Origin: a virus
Strand: one strand, 5' to 3'
Virus record (IMG/VR): IMGVR_UViG_3300044638_006409
Span: 1-64,000 of that record
Length of the DNA stretch: 64,000 nucleotides
Positions 7,574 through 17,516 of this stretch are shown in pieces. Position numbers and translations under genes: made by a program. The notes under the pieces were generated by a model. The model ran no database searches, was not told the origin of the DNA, and saw nothing but the letters and a program-made list of their open reading frames with translations. Positions within the stretch are counted from its first letter, which is position 1. Each line of letters starts with the position of its first letter.

Positions 7574-10474
7574 TTAACGAACAGAATTAATCTTGTTCAT
7601 AATTTGCTCAATGAACTCCGCTCTATCAATATTGTCACCCATAACAGTATCAATAACATTCTTTTTATTAATTAACATATCATAGATAACACCTTCAATC
7701 GTATTATCAAATAGTGGGTAATAGACTGAAACACAATTCTTTTGACCATATCTGTATGCTCTATCCTCAGCTTGTTGGTGATGTGCGGGAACAAAAGATA
7801 GGTCATTAAATATAACAGCCTCGCCTGCAGTTAAAGTAATACCAACTCCTGCAGCTTGTAAATTACCAACAAAAACTTTTATTTTATCGTTATCTTGGAA
7901 TTGGTCAACCGCGTATTGTCTTTGGACTTTTGAGCAAGTTCCATCCAAATAAACAGCTTTCTTTCCAAAATGAGAATGAATCTTATGTAGAGTATCTGTA
8001 AAGTTTGTGAATATGATAACTTTTTTATTAAGTTCCAAAATATTCTCAACAACCTCAATTGTATTCAATATTTTTTCTTCAGCAATTACTTGTCTAACTT
8101 TCATCAATTTATTAAACTGAACTGTTAAAGACCTCGATTCATCAGGATGTTTATTATACCATTCGTAATACTCACCCATTAACTCTTCATACATTTTAGA
8201 TTTTAATCTAAGATAGATAGGTGTAATAATCTTTTCAGGTAAATCTAGTACATCCTCTTTTAATCTTCTTAAAACTTGTCTTGATGTCCTATCTCTTAAC
8301 TCTTCCAAGTTTGACGCCCCATTCACATTCCAAACCTTTCTATTACCCGCCTTAAATTGATATCCTTGACAATAACGGATAACATAAGCCATCCAATTTT
8401 GAGCAACAGGACTTTCAATTAGATTCAATAAATTATAATAGTTAATTGGTCTTGATGTCATTGGAGTTCCTGTCAATAACCAAAGATATTCAACATCCTT
8501 AACAAAACTATTAATTAATTTTGTTCTTTGAGCTTGGGGATTGGATATGTAATGTGCTTCGTCTATAATAACCAAATCAAAATTACCTTTTGTAATTGGT
8601 GAGTTTTCTTTGTCCTTTAAATCATAAAAGTTTTTAATAATGTCATAATTTACAATAACAAAGTCGTGTTCAGTTGAAAAGTTTTTACCCTCACAAATAT
8701 ACACACTTCTATCTGTATAATTTCTAATTTCCCTCTCCCAATTTATTTTAAGTGACGCAGGACATATTATTAATATTTTTTTAGCGCCAGTTTCTAATGC
8801 CGCTAAAATAGTTGATGTTGTATTGTGAGTTACGATAGCATTTTCTGTAACGTATAATTTGTCTGGTGCATCAACTGAAATACATACAGCTTCTCCTTTT
8901 TTTTCAAACTCTATGTTTTTGATATATCGTCCAACCTTGTATTTTTTAGGTGTGTTATATTGTTTTTCTTTTCTATTAAGTTTGAATGGATTCATACCTT
9001 CAGGTAATTTAATATTTACTCTGTACGATTTTTGTCCATCTTTCTTGATTCCTTTATGTGTATAGTTTGTTACTCTTGTTTTTTTTCTTGCTATACCCCC
9101 TAAACTATGTACTATTTCGATAACATCATCACAAAGTTGTTCTGACACAGTTGAGAATTCAGTTCCACTAAAATTACCATCAGTATCTTTATTACAACTA
9201 CCATCGGTATCCATTAACCCTTTCAGTATTTCTAATCTATTTTCAACAGAAGTATATTTGAATATGTTTGGAATAAATTTGTTATTAGATTTAGTTCCCA
9301 TTAATTCTAATTGCTTCAACACTTGAATCAACGGATTTAAATGACCACTAATTTTTGTTAATCTATAACCATATTTTGTACCTTTACTCTCGACTATTTG
9401 AGTATTATGTGGTAAAGTGTCTTTAATATAATCAACAATTTCTGAGTCAGCTGTTGTAAAATGAACAGAATCTTTACTAATTCCCCCATCGCCTATAATT
9501 AAACCCAACAAGTATGGATGTATGGGTAAAATAGTATCCATAAATTCAATAGGTTTTACAATTGGAATTTGCCATTTGTTGTTACCATCGTTTTCTTTGT
9601 AGTATGTTTTATATTTGTAAATTTTATTCACATTATTTTTTGTACCATTTATTTCCAAGTTCAACTTTTTATCCAACATCTGTTCTACAGATAAAACAAT
9701 CGCTTTTTTTTCTCTTTTATTTTTACTATTATCTCCAAATGACCTTGATTTTACGTTAAATAAATGTTCTTTACAAACTAAAATGGATGTGTTGTCATTA
9801 AATGTGACCCTATATAAATCTTTAATTCCTTGTGGATAAACACCAATTACATTACATTTTTTTCCATCACTACCAATAACTTCGTCACCAACTTTTAATT
9901 TACCGATTGGTTTTCTTCCATATGGGGTAAACACCCTATTTTCAACAAACTCAGCTTTTCCCAGCCCCATGTCGTCTGCTAAAATAAATCTTTTACTACC
10001 CACCAATTTTTCTATTGCGGTTCTTTGGTGTTCAAGTGGGGGTCTATGACTATATTTTGTATAATCTATTTTGACCTCTATTGTGTTATGTGTTTTTAAT
10101 AATGCGGCTTTAGGTAACCACATATCTGTCAATGTATCACCAGTATTAAATTTACCCCAAATATGGTATGATTTGTCTTTGTCTACCAATAACTTTTCAA
10201 CCCAAATATCAGTTGGTACTGATAACATATTTTTTTCATCAGCAATCTTGTTTGCAAAATATGGTTCCATATTAACCCACTTCTTTGCAACCTTTGGTTC
10301 AACAGAATGATAGTTGATAATATATTCAGCTTGGGAACGAGTGGGGTAAAACTTTTTATTAGTTTCTTTTAGGTATTTTAATTTTTGAATATAGTTATTT
10401 GTTCCCGAATAATTATCTAATATGTCGAGTGCTTTTAATTCAATAAGATTAGAGGTATTACCTGATATATTCAA
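7574..10474 (-). CDS. SNF2/SMARCAL1-like helicase containing an intein
   Basis: LADDMGLGK/T, ICPASLKINW, DEAH, LTGTP, GITLTA, QAEDRAYRYGQ; TTG start. Confidence 0.92.
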   Translation of the reverse strand: MNISGNTSNLIELKALDILDNYSGTNNYIQKLKYLKETNKKFYPTRSQAEYIINYHSVEPKVAKKWVNMEPYFANKIADEKNMLSVPTDIWVEKLLVDKDKSYHIWGKFNTGDTLTDMWLPKAALLKTHNTIEVKIDYTKYSHRPPLEHQRTAIEKLVGSKRFILADDMGLGKAEFVENRVFTPYGRKPIGKLKVGDEVIGSDGKKCNVIGVYPQGIKDLYRVTFNDNTSILVCKEHLFNVKSRSFGDNSKNKREKKAIVLSVEQMLDKKLNLEINGTKNNVNKIYKYKTYYKENDGNNKWQIPIVKPIEFMDTILPIHPYLLGLIIGDGGISKDSVHFTTADSEIVDYIKDTLPHNTQIVESKGTKYGYRLTKISGHLNPLIQVLKQLELMGTKSNNKFIPNIFKYTSVENRLEILKGLMDTDGSCNKDTDGNFSGTEFSTVSEQLCDDVIEIVHSLGGIARKKTRVTNYTHKGIKKDGQKSYRVNIKLPEGMNPFKLNRKEKQYNTPKKYKVGRYIKNIEFEKKGEAVCISVDAPDKLYVTENAIVTHNTTSTILAALETGAKKILIICPASLKINWEREIRNYTDRSVYICEGKNFSTEHDFVIVNYDIIKNFYDLKDKENSPITKGNFDLVIIDEAHYISNPQAQRTKLINSFVKDVEYLWLLTGTPMTSRPINYYNLLNLIESPVAQNWMAYVIRYCQGYQFKAGNRKVWNVNGASNLEELRDRTSRQVLRRLKEDVLDLPEKIITPIYLRLKSKMYEELMGEYYEWYNKHPDESRSLTVQFNKLMKVRQVIAEEKILNTIEVVENILELNKKVIIFTNFTDTLHKIHSHFGKKAVYLDGTCSKVQRQYAVDQFQDNDKIKVFVGNLQAAGVGITLTAGEAVIFNDLSFVPAHHQQAEDRAYRYGQKNCVSVYYPLFDNTIEGVIYDMLINKKNVIDTVMGDNIDRAEFIEQIMNKINSVR
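8822..9955 (-). mobile_element. Intein (378 aa) with LAGLIDADG homing endonuclease, inserted in helicase Walker A
   Basis: Interrupts GLGK|TT. Starts AEFVENRVFTP, block B CKEHLF, LAGLIDADG motifs LLGLIIGDG and LKGLMDTDG, ends VCISVD...VTHN followed by Thr+1. Confidence 0.93.
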
Positions 10475-10521
10475 AATCGTATTTTAACATAAAAATAGTT
10501 AATAAGTTTATATTTATCAAT

Positions 10522-11034
10522 ATGAGTAATAGAATGCCCATAACAAGAATAGGTAAGTTTTTTGGAGCTGAAGACTACAATTTAGATTTGTCTATCGGTG
10601 AAGAATGGTTATATGGTGATATGAACTTTACGGTCGTACTATATCGTATTGATAGAATGAAAACCAAAACTGATGATGTTTATGGTGAAGCCCTAAAGGA
10701 TGGAATTAAATTTTTAACACCAGTAGAGTTGAAAGGTTATGTTCAAATTATGGCACCTGAGAATAAACAAATTGCAGGTAATAAAATTAATCAATTTGAA
10801 CCTGGTAATATGCGATTTTCTATTTATCAGAAACAACTTGATGAGTTGGGTGTTGACATCAATTTTGGTGATTATTTGGGGTACTATGAAACGGAGGACA
10901 GAATAAGATATTATACGGTCAATAATGATGGAAGGGTAATTTCGGATAATAAACATAACTATGCGGGTTACAAACCTTATTATCGTACAATTATGGCTTC
11001 TGCTGTAGTTGATAATGAATTCAGAGGATTATAA
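10522..11034 (+). CDS. Head closure/neck protein (T4 gp14-like)
   Basis: YRID...DDVYGEA...F pattern; lies before the tail terminator and sheath genes. Confidence 0.55.
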   Translation: MSNRMPITRIGKFFGAEDYNLDLSIGEEWLYGDMNFTVVLYRIDRMKTKTDDVYGEALKDGIKFLTPVELKGYVQIMAPENKQIAGNKINQFEPGNMRFSIYQKQLDELGVDINFGDYLGYYETEDRIRYYTVNNDGRVISDNKHNYAGYKPYYRTIMASAVVDNEFRGL

Positions 11035-11035
11035 T

Positions 11036-12073
11036 ATGCCACTACCAAAAAAAATAAAAAAATATTTACCACTGACACAATCAAAAACTCTTTTACATAG
11101 AAGACAAGAGTTATTAGACAAAATCAACAAAGATGGTACTTTTTTACCCAAATCAATTCTTCATGCTGATTTGGATGGGGGTTTCTTAGATTTTGTAAAG
11201 AACGAATTAAAGTTAGTTGTCGAGGGTAAAGTTGTACCTGTAGTTGATATTTTGGTGACAACTCAGAATTGGATTCAGTTTACACAAACTTGGGATTTCC
11301 AAAATATTGACAAAAACTTAGAACCTCCTTTCATCTCAATAGTTAGAATACCTGAGGTAAAATTTGGAACAAATCCTGCTGTATTATATAACATTCCAAA
11401 TAGAAGACAATTCTTTTATGCTCAAGTACCAACTTGGGATGGTAACAGGCAAGGTATGGATATATACAAAATACCCCAACCCATACCTGTTGATATAACT
11501 TTTCAGGTTAAGATAGTGTGTAATAGGATGAGAGAGCTTAATCAATTTAATAAAGTTATTTTGGATAAATTTGCATCGATACAAGCATATCAAGTTATAA
11601 AAGGACATTACATTCCAATCAAAAATACGGGTATTTCTGATGAGTCGGTAATGGATATTGAGAAAAGAAAATATTATATCCAAAGTTATGACTTTCTTAT
11701 GATGGGTTTTTTAATTGATGAAAATGAGTTTCAAGTTTCTCCAGCAATAAACAGAGTTTTACAAGTTGTTGAATTTGAACCAAACACAACAAAAAGACAA
11801 AAAAGAGTTATTAGTGATAACAAAAGTACAAATCAAAAAATCAGTTATGATGTTGGTGTAACTACTTTGTCACAAGTTTTTTATTACACTACAGATTTAA
11901 CAATTGGGGAATCAGTTAATGTTTCATCTTTTGATGTTTACATAAATTCCGATTTTTATGGAACAGATGTAAATTTGATTCAGGTAAATACTAACGATGT
12001 AGTAAGGATAGATATTGTGAAAACTGATGTAAACTTATCAGCAAGTTTGGAGTTGTTTGGGTTACTACTTTAA
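11036..12073 (+). CDS. Tail terminator/sheath stabiliser (T4 gp15-like)
   Basis: PQPIPVDITFQVKIVCNRMRELNQF motif and synteny. ATG at 11036 preferred over track start 11009. Confidence 0.6.
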   Translation: MPLPKKIKKYLPLTQSKTLLHRRQELLDKINKDGTFLPKSILHADLDGGFLDFVKNELKLVVEGKVVPVVDILVTTQNWIQFTQTWDFQNIDKNLEPPFISIVRIPEVKFGTNPAVLYNIPNRRQFFYAQVPTWDGNRQGMDIYKIPQPIPVDITFQVKIVCNRMRELNQFNKVILDKFASIQAYQVIKGHYIPIKNTGISDESVMDIEKRKYYIQSYDFLMMGFLIDENEFQVSPAINRVLQVVEFEPNTTKRQKRVISDNKSTNQKISYDVGVTTLSQVFYYTTDLTIGESVNVSSFDVYINSDFYGTDVNLIQVNTNDVVRIDIVKTDVNLSASLELFGLLL

Positions 12074-12231
12074 TCCCCATAGATGTCTTTTTTCTCCTTA
12101 CACTTCTCAATAATCAATCTTTCTAAAAAACGATACATTTTAATCCCATTTTTATCACAATACTTTTTCAGTAGGTCGTGAACCTCGATTGATATTTTTA
12201 AATTTTTTATTTTCTTTTCTTTGTTTTCCAT
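12070..12231 (-). CDS. Small ribbon-helix-helix-like DNA-binding protein, 53 aa (absent from ORF track)
   Basis: MENKEKKIKNLKISIEVHDLLKKYCDKNGIKMYRFLERLIIEKCKEKKDIYGD: beta strand, helix, G-turn, helix pattern of RHH proteins. Confidence 0.7.
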   Translation of the reverse strand: MENKEKKIKNLKISIEVHDLLKKYCDKNGIKMYRFLERLIIEKCKEKKDIYGD

Positions 12232-12232
12232 A

Positions 12233-12259
12233 GTAGAAAAAAGGTAGAAAATATTCTAC
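12233..12259. promoter_or_regulatory. Candidate operator: GTAGAA direct and inverted repeats
   Basis: GTAGAA at 12233 and 12244 and TTCTAC at 12254, directly upstream of the RHH start codon. Confidence 0.4.
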
Positions 12260-12350
12260 TCAATTTATCAATACATATAATTAAGTCAAGTTTTTTGATA
12301 CTGAATGTTATATTTATCTATAAAATAAATTACTAAAAACTAAATTTATA

Positions 12351-15300
12351 ATGTCAAACAATAAAGTTTTCGTATCACCAGGTGTGTATACATCAGAAGT
12401 TGACTTGAGTTTTGTTTCACAAAGTGTGGGGGTTACTACACTTGGTATTGTGGGGGAAACTTTAAAAGGTCCAGCTTTTGAACCAATCTTCATTACAAAT
12501 TATGATGAATTTACAACTTACTTTGGTGGTACATCACCTGAGAAATTTGTAAATACACAAATACCTAAATATGAAGCAGCTTATATAGCAAAAGCATATT
12601 TACAACAATCAAACCAATTATTCGTAACTAGAATTTTGGGTCTATCAGGTTATGATGCAGGTCCTTCTTGGTCTATAACTACTATCGCTAATGTTGACCC
12701 TGCTACTATAGGTTTCGAGTGTTTAAGTGCAACTTCAGCAAATTGTGCAACACAATGTGTTTCATTTAATGTAACACCTTATACAATTAACTTCACTGGT
12801 TGTACTAATAGCTCAAGTACAATTGATTTTACATCAACGATACCTGGTTTCTTATCTGCTGACTTGGATAGTACATATGAACAATTCAATGGTTCGTTAT
12901 CTACCATAAAGTCTGATTTGGTAACTCAACTTTATGGTATTGTTAATACACCATCAACTTCTGCATCATCTATAAATTATTTCGGTACAATATCTGGTGG
13001 AACTTATGACACTTTGAGTGGTTATACCGCTGAGACCAATGTATTTGCGGTTGATAATGTTAGTTCAGATTTAGCAAACTTTTCAGCACCTACTAACGAC
13101 CCTTGGTACTATGCGACATTTGATAATATTGGTAACAACAATTATACAGGTTATTCTTTCTTTAGTTATGTTAGTAATTTAGTACAAACATCATCTAAAT
13201 CAAATTGTGCTTCATTCTATAGTTACACGGTTAGCTCGTCAACAATAAGTGCAATTACAGCTTCAATTAATTACAATACGAATACAATCAGTGTTTGTTT
13301 ACCAAGTACAGCCCAAACTTCTGATTATTCAGCAATGACAGTTGTATATAGTGCTTGTACTGACCCAATCTATAGTGGAATCACAAGTGGAGGTGTTGTT
13401 CAATCTTCAACTATGACTGGAGTTTCGTTTACGGCTTTAACAAAATCATATACTGTAGTTTCAGATGATTTGACAGCTACTTCAGCATGGACTGTAAATG
13501 TTACTATCAATGACCCTTGTAATGTATGTTCGACAGGTAATGTTGGAACTTTCCCAACACCAGTATTTACGAATTGTTTTAGTGGTACTGTATCAGGACA
13601 AACATTTATCTACACAGGTGATTCATTCTCAAATTATGATGATTTGGTTGTAGCAACACTTCGTTCGAGAGGTATAGCTACCTATACGACTGACACAGGT
13701 CCTGTTTACCAAGTTTCTAATGTAGGTGATGTGACTATTGATTGTACAGGAAGTTATTCAGGAATTTCTAAAAATCCTTATTCAACTTTTGCAATAGATG
13801 TAACCGACAAAGATGGTACTAACTATAGTTTCGAAACCTCATTCACTCTATCAGATCCTAAGTATATCTCTAAAGTTTTTGGTTCATCTAACTTTGGGAA
13901 ACCTAGAACAGTTGTACCATTGTTTGTTGAAGAACAATTTCAAAATCTTTTAAACTATGCTTATAGAAAAGGATACATTAGAGGTTTGAATTGTACTTTG
14001 AATGGGTTATCGGGTGCAAGACCTTATACTGACTTAACTTCTATAGCGTGGTATTTAGAACAATATCAATCAGCAACATCTCCTTGGTTGGTTTCTGAGT
14101 TGAGAGGTAATAAAGTTTACAACTTGTTCAAGTTCATAACTATTGCTGATGGTGATACTTCAAATGTGGAGGTAAAAATTTCTATTGCAAATATATCTTT
14201 CACAAATGGTACATTTGATGTATATGTTAGAGACTTTTTTGATTCAGACGCTGCACCTCAAGTATTGGAGAAATTTACTAATTGTTCTATGAATCCAAAC
14301 GAGAACAATTTCGTTGCTAAAAAAATTGGTACTTCAGATGGAGAATATCAACTTAACTCGAAGTTTGTTATGTTGGAAATGAACGAAGATGCACCAATAG
14401 ATGCTTTACCTTGTGGTTTCGAAGGTTATACATTCCGTGAATATGCGGGTTCGAAACCACCATTCCCAGTATACAAAACTAAATACGATTTTCCTGGTGA
14501 ACAAATTTACAATCCACCTTTCGGATTGAGTAGTGGTGCAGATGATGCTTTGTTAAGTTCAGGTGATAATGTTAGAAGAACATACTTAGGTATTGGTGAC
14601 TTCTATGGATATGATATTGACTTTTATACTTACAAAGGAAAAAGAATTCCAAGTTCACCTTGTACTGCAACTGTTGGTGATGATTGGGCTTACAAAACTA
14701 AGGGTTTCCATATGGATATAAATGCGAGTGGAATTACAATCTCCAATGGTTTTGCTTCAAGTGGTACTACAGCTTTCTTTGTTGGTGCAGCATCATTCAC
14801 TAATGACCCTGATAATGAAAGTAATCCATACTTCAGAATATTTGCGCGTAAGTTCAGTTTACTATGTAAGGGTGGTTTTGATGGTTGGGACATCTACAGA
14901 GAAAATAGAACAAACAAAGATACATTTGTATTAGGTAGAAGTGGTTACTTAAGGGGGGCTTGTCCTGATTTCAGGTATCCGAACGCAACTGGTTCAGGAA
15001 CATTTAAACAAATAAGTGTTGGTGATAATACACAAGATTATGCAAACTCTGATTACTACGCTTACTTGTTAGGTATTCAGACCTTCTCTAATCCTGAAGC
15101 GGTTAATATAAATGTTTTTGCAACACCTGGTATTGATTATGTTAATAATAGTGGTTTAGTTGAGGCGGCCATAAATATGGTTGAATTTGACAGAGCGGAC
15201 TCAATTTATATAACAACAACACCTGACTATAATTTATATACAGCTTCAGCAAATGATTCACAATTAATTATTTATCCACAAGAGGCTGTTGATAACTTAG

Positions 15301-15938
15301 TAACTGCGGGTATTGATTCGAATTACACCGCTACTTATTATCCTTGGGTTTTAACTAGAGATACGGTTAACAATACTCAAATCTATATTCCAGCAACTGC
15401 TGAGGTTTGTAAGAATCTTGCTCTAACTGATAACATAGCATTCCCTTGGTTTGCAGCAGCAGGTTACACTCGTGGTATTGTAAGTGCAATCAAAGCGAGA
15501 AAGAAACTTACTCAAGAGGATAGAGATACTCTTTATCAAGGAAGACTGAATCCAATTGCAACATTCTCAGATGTCGGAACGGTAATTTGGGGTAACAAGA
15601 CTATGCAAATTAGAGAGTCGGCACTTGATAGAATTAATGTTAGAAGATTGTTATTACAAGCAAGAAAACTTATATCAGCTGTTTCAGTTAGATTGTTATT
15701 CGAACAAAATGACGAAAAGGTAAGACAAGATTTCTTGGATGCGGTTAATCCAATCTTAGACGCAATCAGAAGAGACAGAGGTTTATATGATTTCCGTGTA
15801 ACTGTATCATCTGATCCTGCTGACTTAGATAGAAATCAATTAACTGGTAGAATCTACATTAAACCTACAAGAGCACTAGAGTTCATAGATATTACTTTCT
15901 TCATAACACCAACAGGTGCATCATTTGAGAATATCTAA
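12351..15938 (+). CDS. Contractile tail sheath protein (T4 gp18-like) with large insertions
   Basis: N-terminal SPGVYTSEVDLS; C-terminal PWFAAAGYTRG, NPIATF, INVRRLL, IKPTRALEFIDITF. Confidence 0.93.
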   Translation: MSNNKVFVSPGVYTSEVDLSFVSQSVGVTTLGIVGETLKGPAFEPIFITNYDEFTTYFGGTSPEKFVNTQIPKYEAAYIAKAYLQQSNQLFVTRILGLSGYDAGPSWSITTIANVDPATIGFECLSATSANCATQCVSFNVTPYTINFTGCTNSSSTIDFTSTIPGFLSADLDSTYEQFNGSLSTIKSDLVTQLYGIVNTPSTSASSINYFGTISGGTYDTLSGYTAETNVFAVDNVSSDLANFSAPTNDPWYYATFDNIGNNNYTGYSFFSYVSNLVQTSSKSNCASFYSYTVSSSTISAITASINYNTNTISVCLPSTAQTSDYSAMTVVYSACTDPIYSGITSGGVVQSSTMTGVSFTALTKSYTVVSDDLTATSAWTVNVTINDPCNVCSTGNVGTFPTPVFTNCFSGTVSGQTFIYTGDSFSNYDDLVVATLRSRGIATYTTDTGPVYQVSNVGDVTIDCTGSYSGISKNPYSTFAIDVTDKDGTNYSFETSFTLSDPKYISKVFGSSNFGKPRTVVPLFVEEQFQNLLNYAYRKGYIRGLNCTLNGLSGARPYTDLTSIAWYLEQYQSATSPWLVSELRGNKVYNLFKFITIADGDTSNVEVKISIANISFTNGTFDVYVRDFFDSDAAPQVLEKFTNCSMNPNENNFVAKKIGTSDGEYQLNSKFVMLEMNEDAPIDALPCGFEGYTFREYAGSKPPFPVYKTKYDFPGEQIYNPPFGLSSGADDALLSSGDNVRRTYLGIGDFYGYDIDFYTYKGKRIPSSPCTATVGDDWAYKTKGFHMDINASGITISNGFASSGTTAFFVGAASFTNDPDNESNPYFRIFARKFSLLCKGGFDGWDIYRENRTNKDTFVLGRSGYLRGACPDFRYPNATGSGTFKQISVGDNTQDYANSDYYAYLLGIQTFSNPEAVNINVFATPGIDYVNNSGLVEAAINMVEFDRADSIYITTTPDYNLYTASANDSQLIIYPQEAVDNLVTAGIDSNYTATYYPWVLTRDTVNNTQIYIPATAEVCKNLALTDNIAFPWFAAAGYTRGIVSAIKARKKLTQEDRDTLYQGRLNPIATFSDVGTVIWGNKTMQIRESALDRINVRRLLLQARKLISAVSVRLLFEQNDEKVRQDFLDAVNPILDAIRRDRGLYDFRVTVSSDPADLDRNQLTGRIYIKPTRALEFIDITFFITPTGASFENI

Positions 15939-15955
15939 AATTTGATAATAATTAT

Positions 15956-15982
15956 GGGGGAGACAAAATCTCCCCCTTTTTT
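15956..15982 (+). terminator. Intrinsic terminator after sheath gene
   Basis: GGGGGAGA-CAAAA-TCTCCCCC followed by T-tract. Confidence 0.85.
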
Positions 15983-16003
15983 AATTAAGACATATTTAAT
16001 AGT

Positions 16004-16885
16004 ATGAGAAATACAATTATAAAATTATTGAGAGAGTTTGAGGAAAGAGAAATTCCTATGAAATATTATGCTTTTGATTGGGATGACAACTTAATGTATA
16101 TGCCAACACAAATTTATTTATTAGATGATGATGGAGAAGAAGTTGGTATGGGAACTGAGGATTTTGCTGAGTACAGAACTGAAATTGGAGTAAAACCATT
16201 TGACTATAATGGTTTTAAAATTGTTGACTTTGCACCAAATCCATTCAGAGATTTTGGAACTAAAGGAGATGAAAAGTTTTTAGAGGACATTATGTCAGCT
16301 AAATTAGCTAAAAATGCCGCATGGTCTGATTTAGTGGAAGCAATCAATAATGGTTCACTATTTGCAATCATCACAGCAAGAGGGCATAGACCTTCAACGT
16401 TAATGATTGGAATAAAAAAACTTATAGACACAAATAGAGGTGGAATTGATTCTGATAAGTTATATGATTCATTAGTAAAAATGAGAGAAAATGCTCAAGA
16501 AAAACCTAGTGACAAGGAAACTGAAATAATGAAATATTTGAAAATGAACAGATATTATCCCGTGTCATATGGTAAAGGTTCTGCAACAAAACCAGAAATT
16601 GCTAAAATTGATGCAATGAATCGATTTATAAAATATGTTCAAGGTCAAGCAGAAAAATTAAATTTAAGACTTTCATCAAAAATCGTGAACAACATTAAAA
16701 ATAAATTTGTTCCGATTATTGGTTTTTCTGATGACGACCCCAGAAATGTTGAGGCAATGAGTAAAGGTATAAAGGGTGTTAAAATATTTTCAACACACGG
16801 AGGTAAGAAAAAAGAATATAAACCAGATGAAGAAGAATTACAACTAGAGACTATAATAAGAAAAATATTAAATAAATTAATATAA
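16004..16885 (+). CDS. HAD-superfamily phosphatase-like protein
   Basis: Motif I FDWDDN, motif II IITARG, motif III Lys, motif IV GFSDDD. Confidence 0.75.
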   Translation: MRNTIIKLLREFEEREIPMKYYAFDWDDNLMYMPTQIYLLDDDGEEVGMGTEDFAEYRTEIGVKPFDYNGFKIVDFAPNPFRDFGTKGDEKFLEDIMSAKLAKNAAWSDLVEAINNGSLFAIITARGHRPSTLMIGIKKLIDTNRGGIDSDKLYDSLVKMRENAQEKPSDKETEIMKYLKMNRYYPVSYGKGSATKPEIAKIDAMNRFIKYVQGQAEKLNLRLSSKIVNNIKNKFVPIIGFSDDDPRNVEAMSKGIKGVKIFSTHGGKKKEYKPDEEELQLETIIRKILNKLI

Positions 16886-17006
16886 TAATTATATAAAACT
16901 AGTTCTAGTATAATAATATTTATTTTGTTTTTAAAAGTCAATAGAAAAAAAATTACAAATAGATATTTATAATAAAAATAAAGATTAAAATTTAAAAAGA
17001 TATACG

Positions 17007-17495
17007 ATGGCTGATTTATTGATGAAAATGCCCATACCTTATGAGCCGAAAAGACAGAATAGGTTTATTATGAGATTTCCTTCCTCATTAGGTATTAATG
17101 AATGGTTTGTTGAATCCGCTTCAAGACCAACAATAACTGTTAATAGTACACCAATCCCTTTCCTAAACACTGAAACATATGTTGCTGGTAGGTTTACTTG
17201 GGGTACTATAAATGTGACATTGAGAGACCCAATCGGACCTTCCGCAACTCAAGCAATTATGGAATGGATTCGTTTGTGTGCTGAGTCTGTAACAGGTCGT
17301 ATGGGTTATGCCGCTGGTTATAAAAGAAATGTTGATTTGGAAATGTTAGACCCAACAGGTGTAGTAGTTGAAAAATGGATTATGGAAGGTTGTTTTATAA
17401 CTTCTTCAAACTTTGGTAACTTAGGGTATGCACAAGATGCTTTAGCAACAATTCAAATTACATTGAGACCTGACCGTTGTATTTTAGTTTACTAA
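17007..17495 (+). CDS. Tail tube protein (T4 gp19-like)
   Basis: 162 aa; EPKRQNRF, GRFTWGTINVTLRD, LDPTGVVVEKW...GCF. Lies downstream of sheath. Confidence 0.88.
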   Translation: MADLLMKMPIPYEPKRQNRFIMRFPSSLGINEWFVESASRPTITVNSTPIPFLNTETYVAGRFTWGTINVTLRDPIGPSATQAIMEWIRLCAESVTGRMGYAAGYKRNVDLEMLDPTGVVVEKWIMEGCFITSSNFGNLGYAQDALATIQITLRPDRCILVY

Positions 17496-17516
17496 AAGAA
17501 ATATATAAGAATTTAT

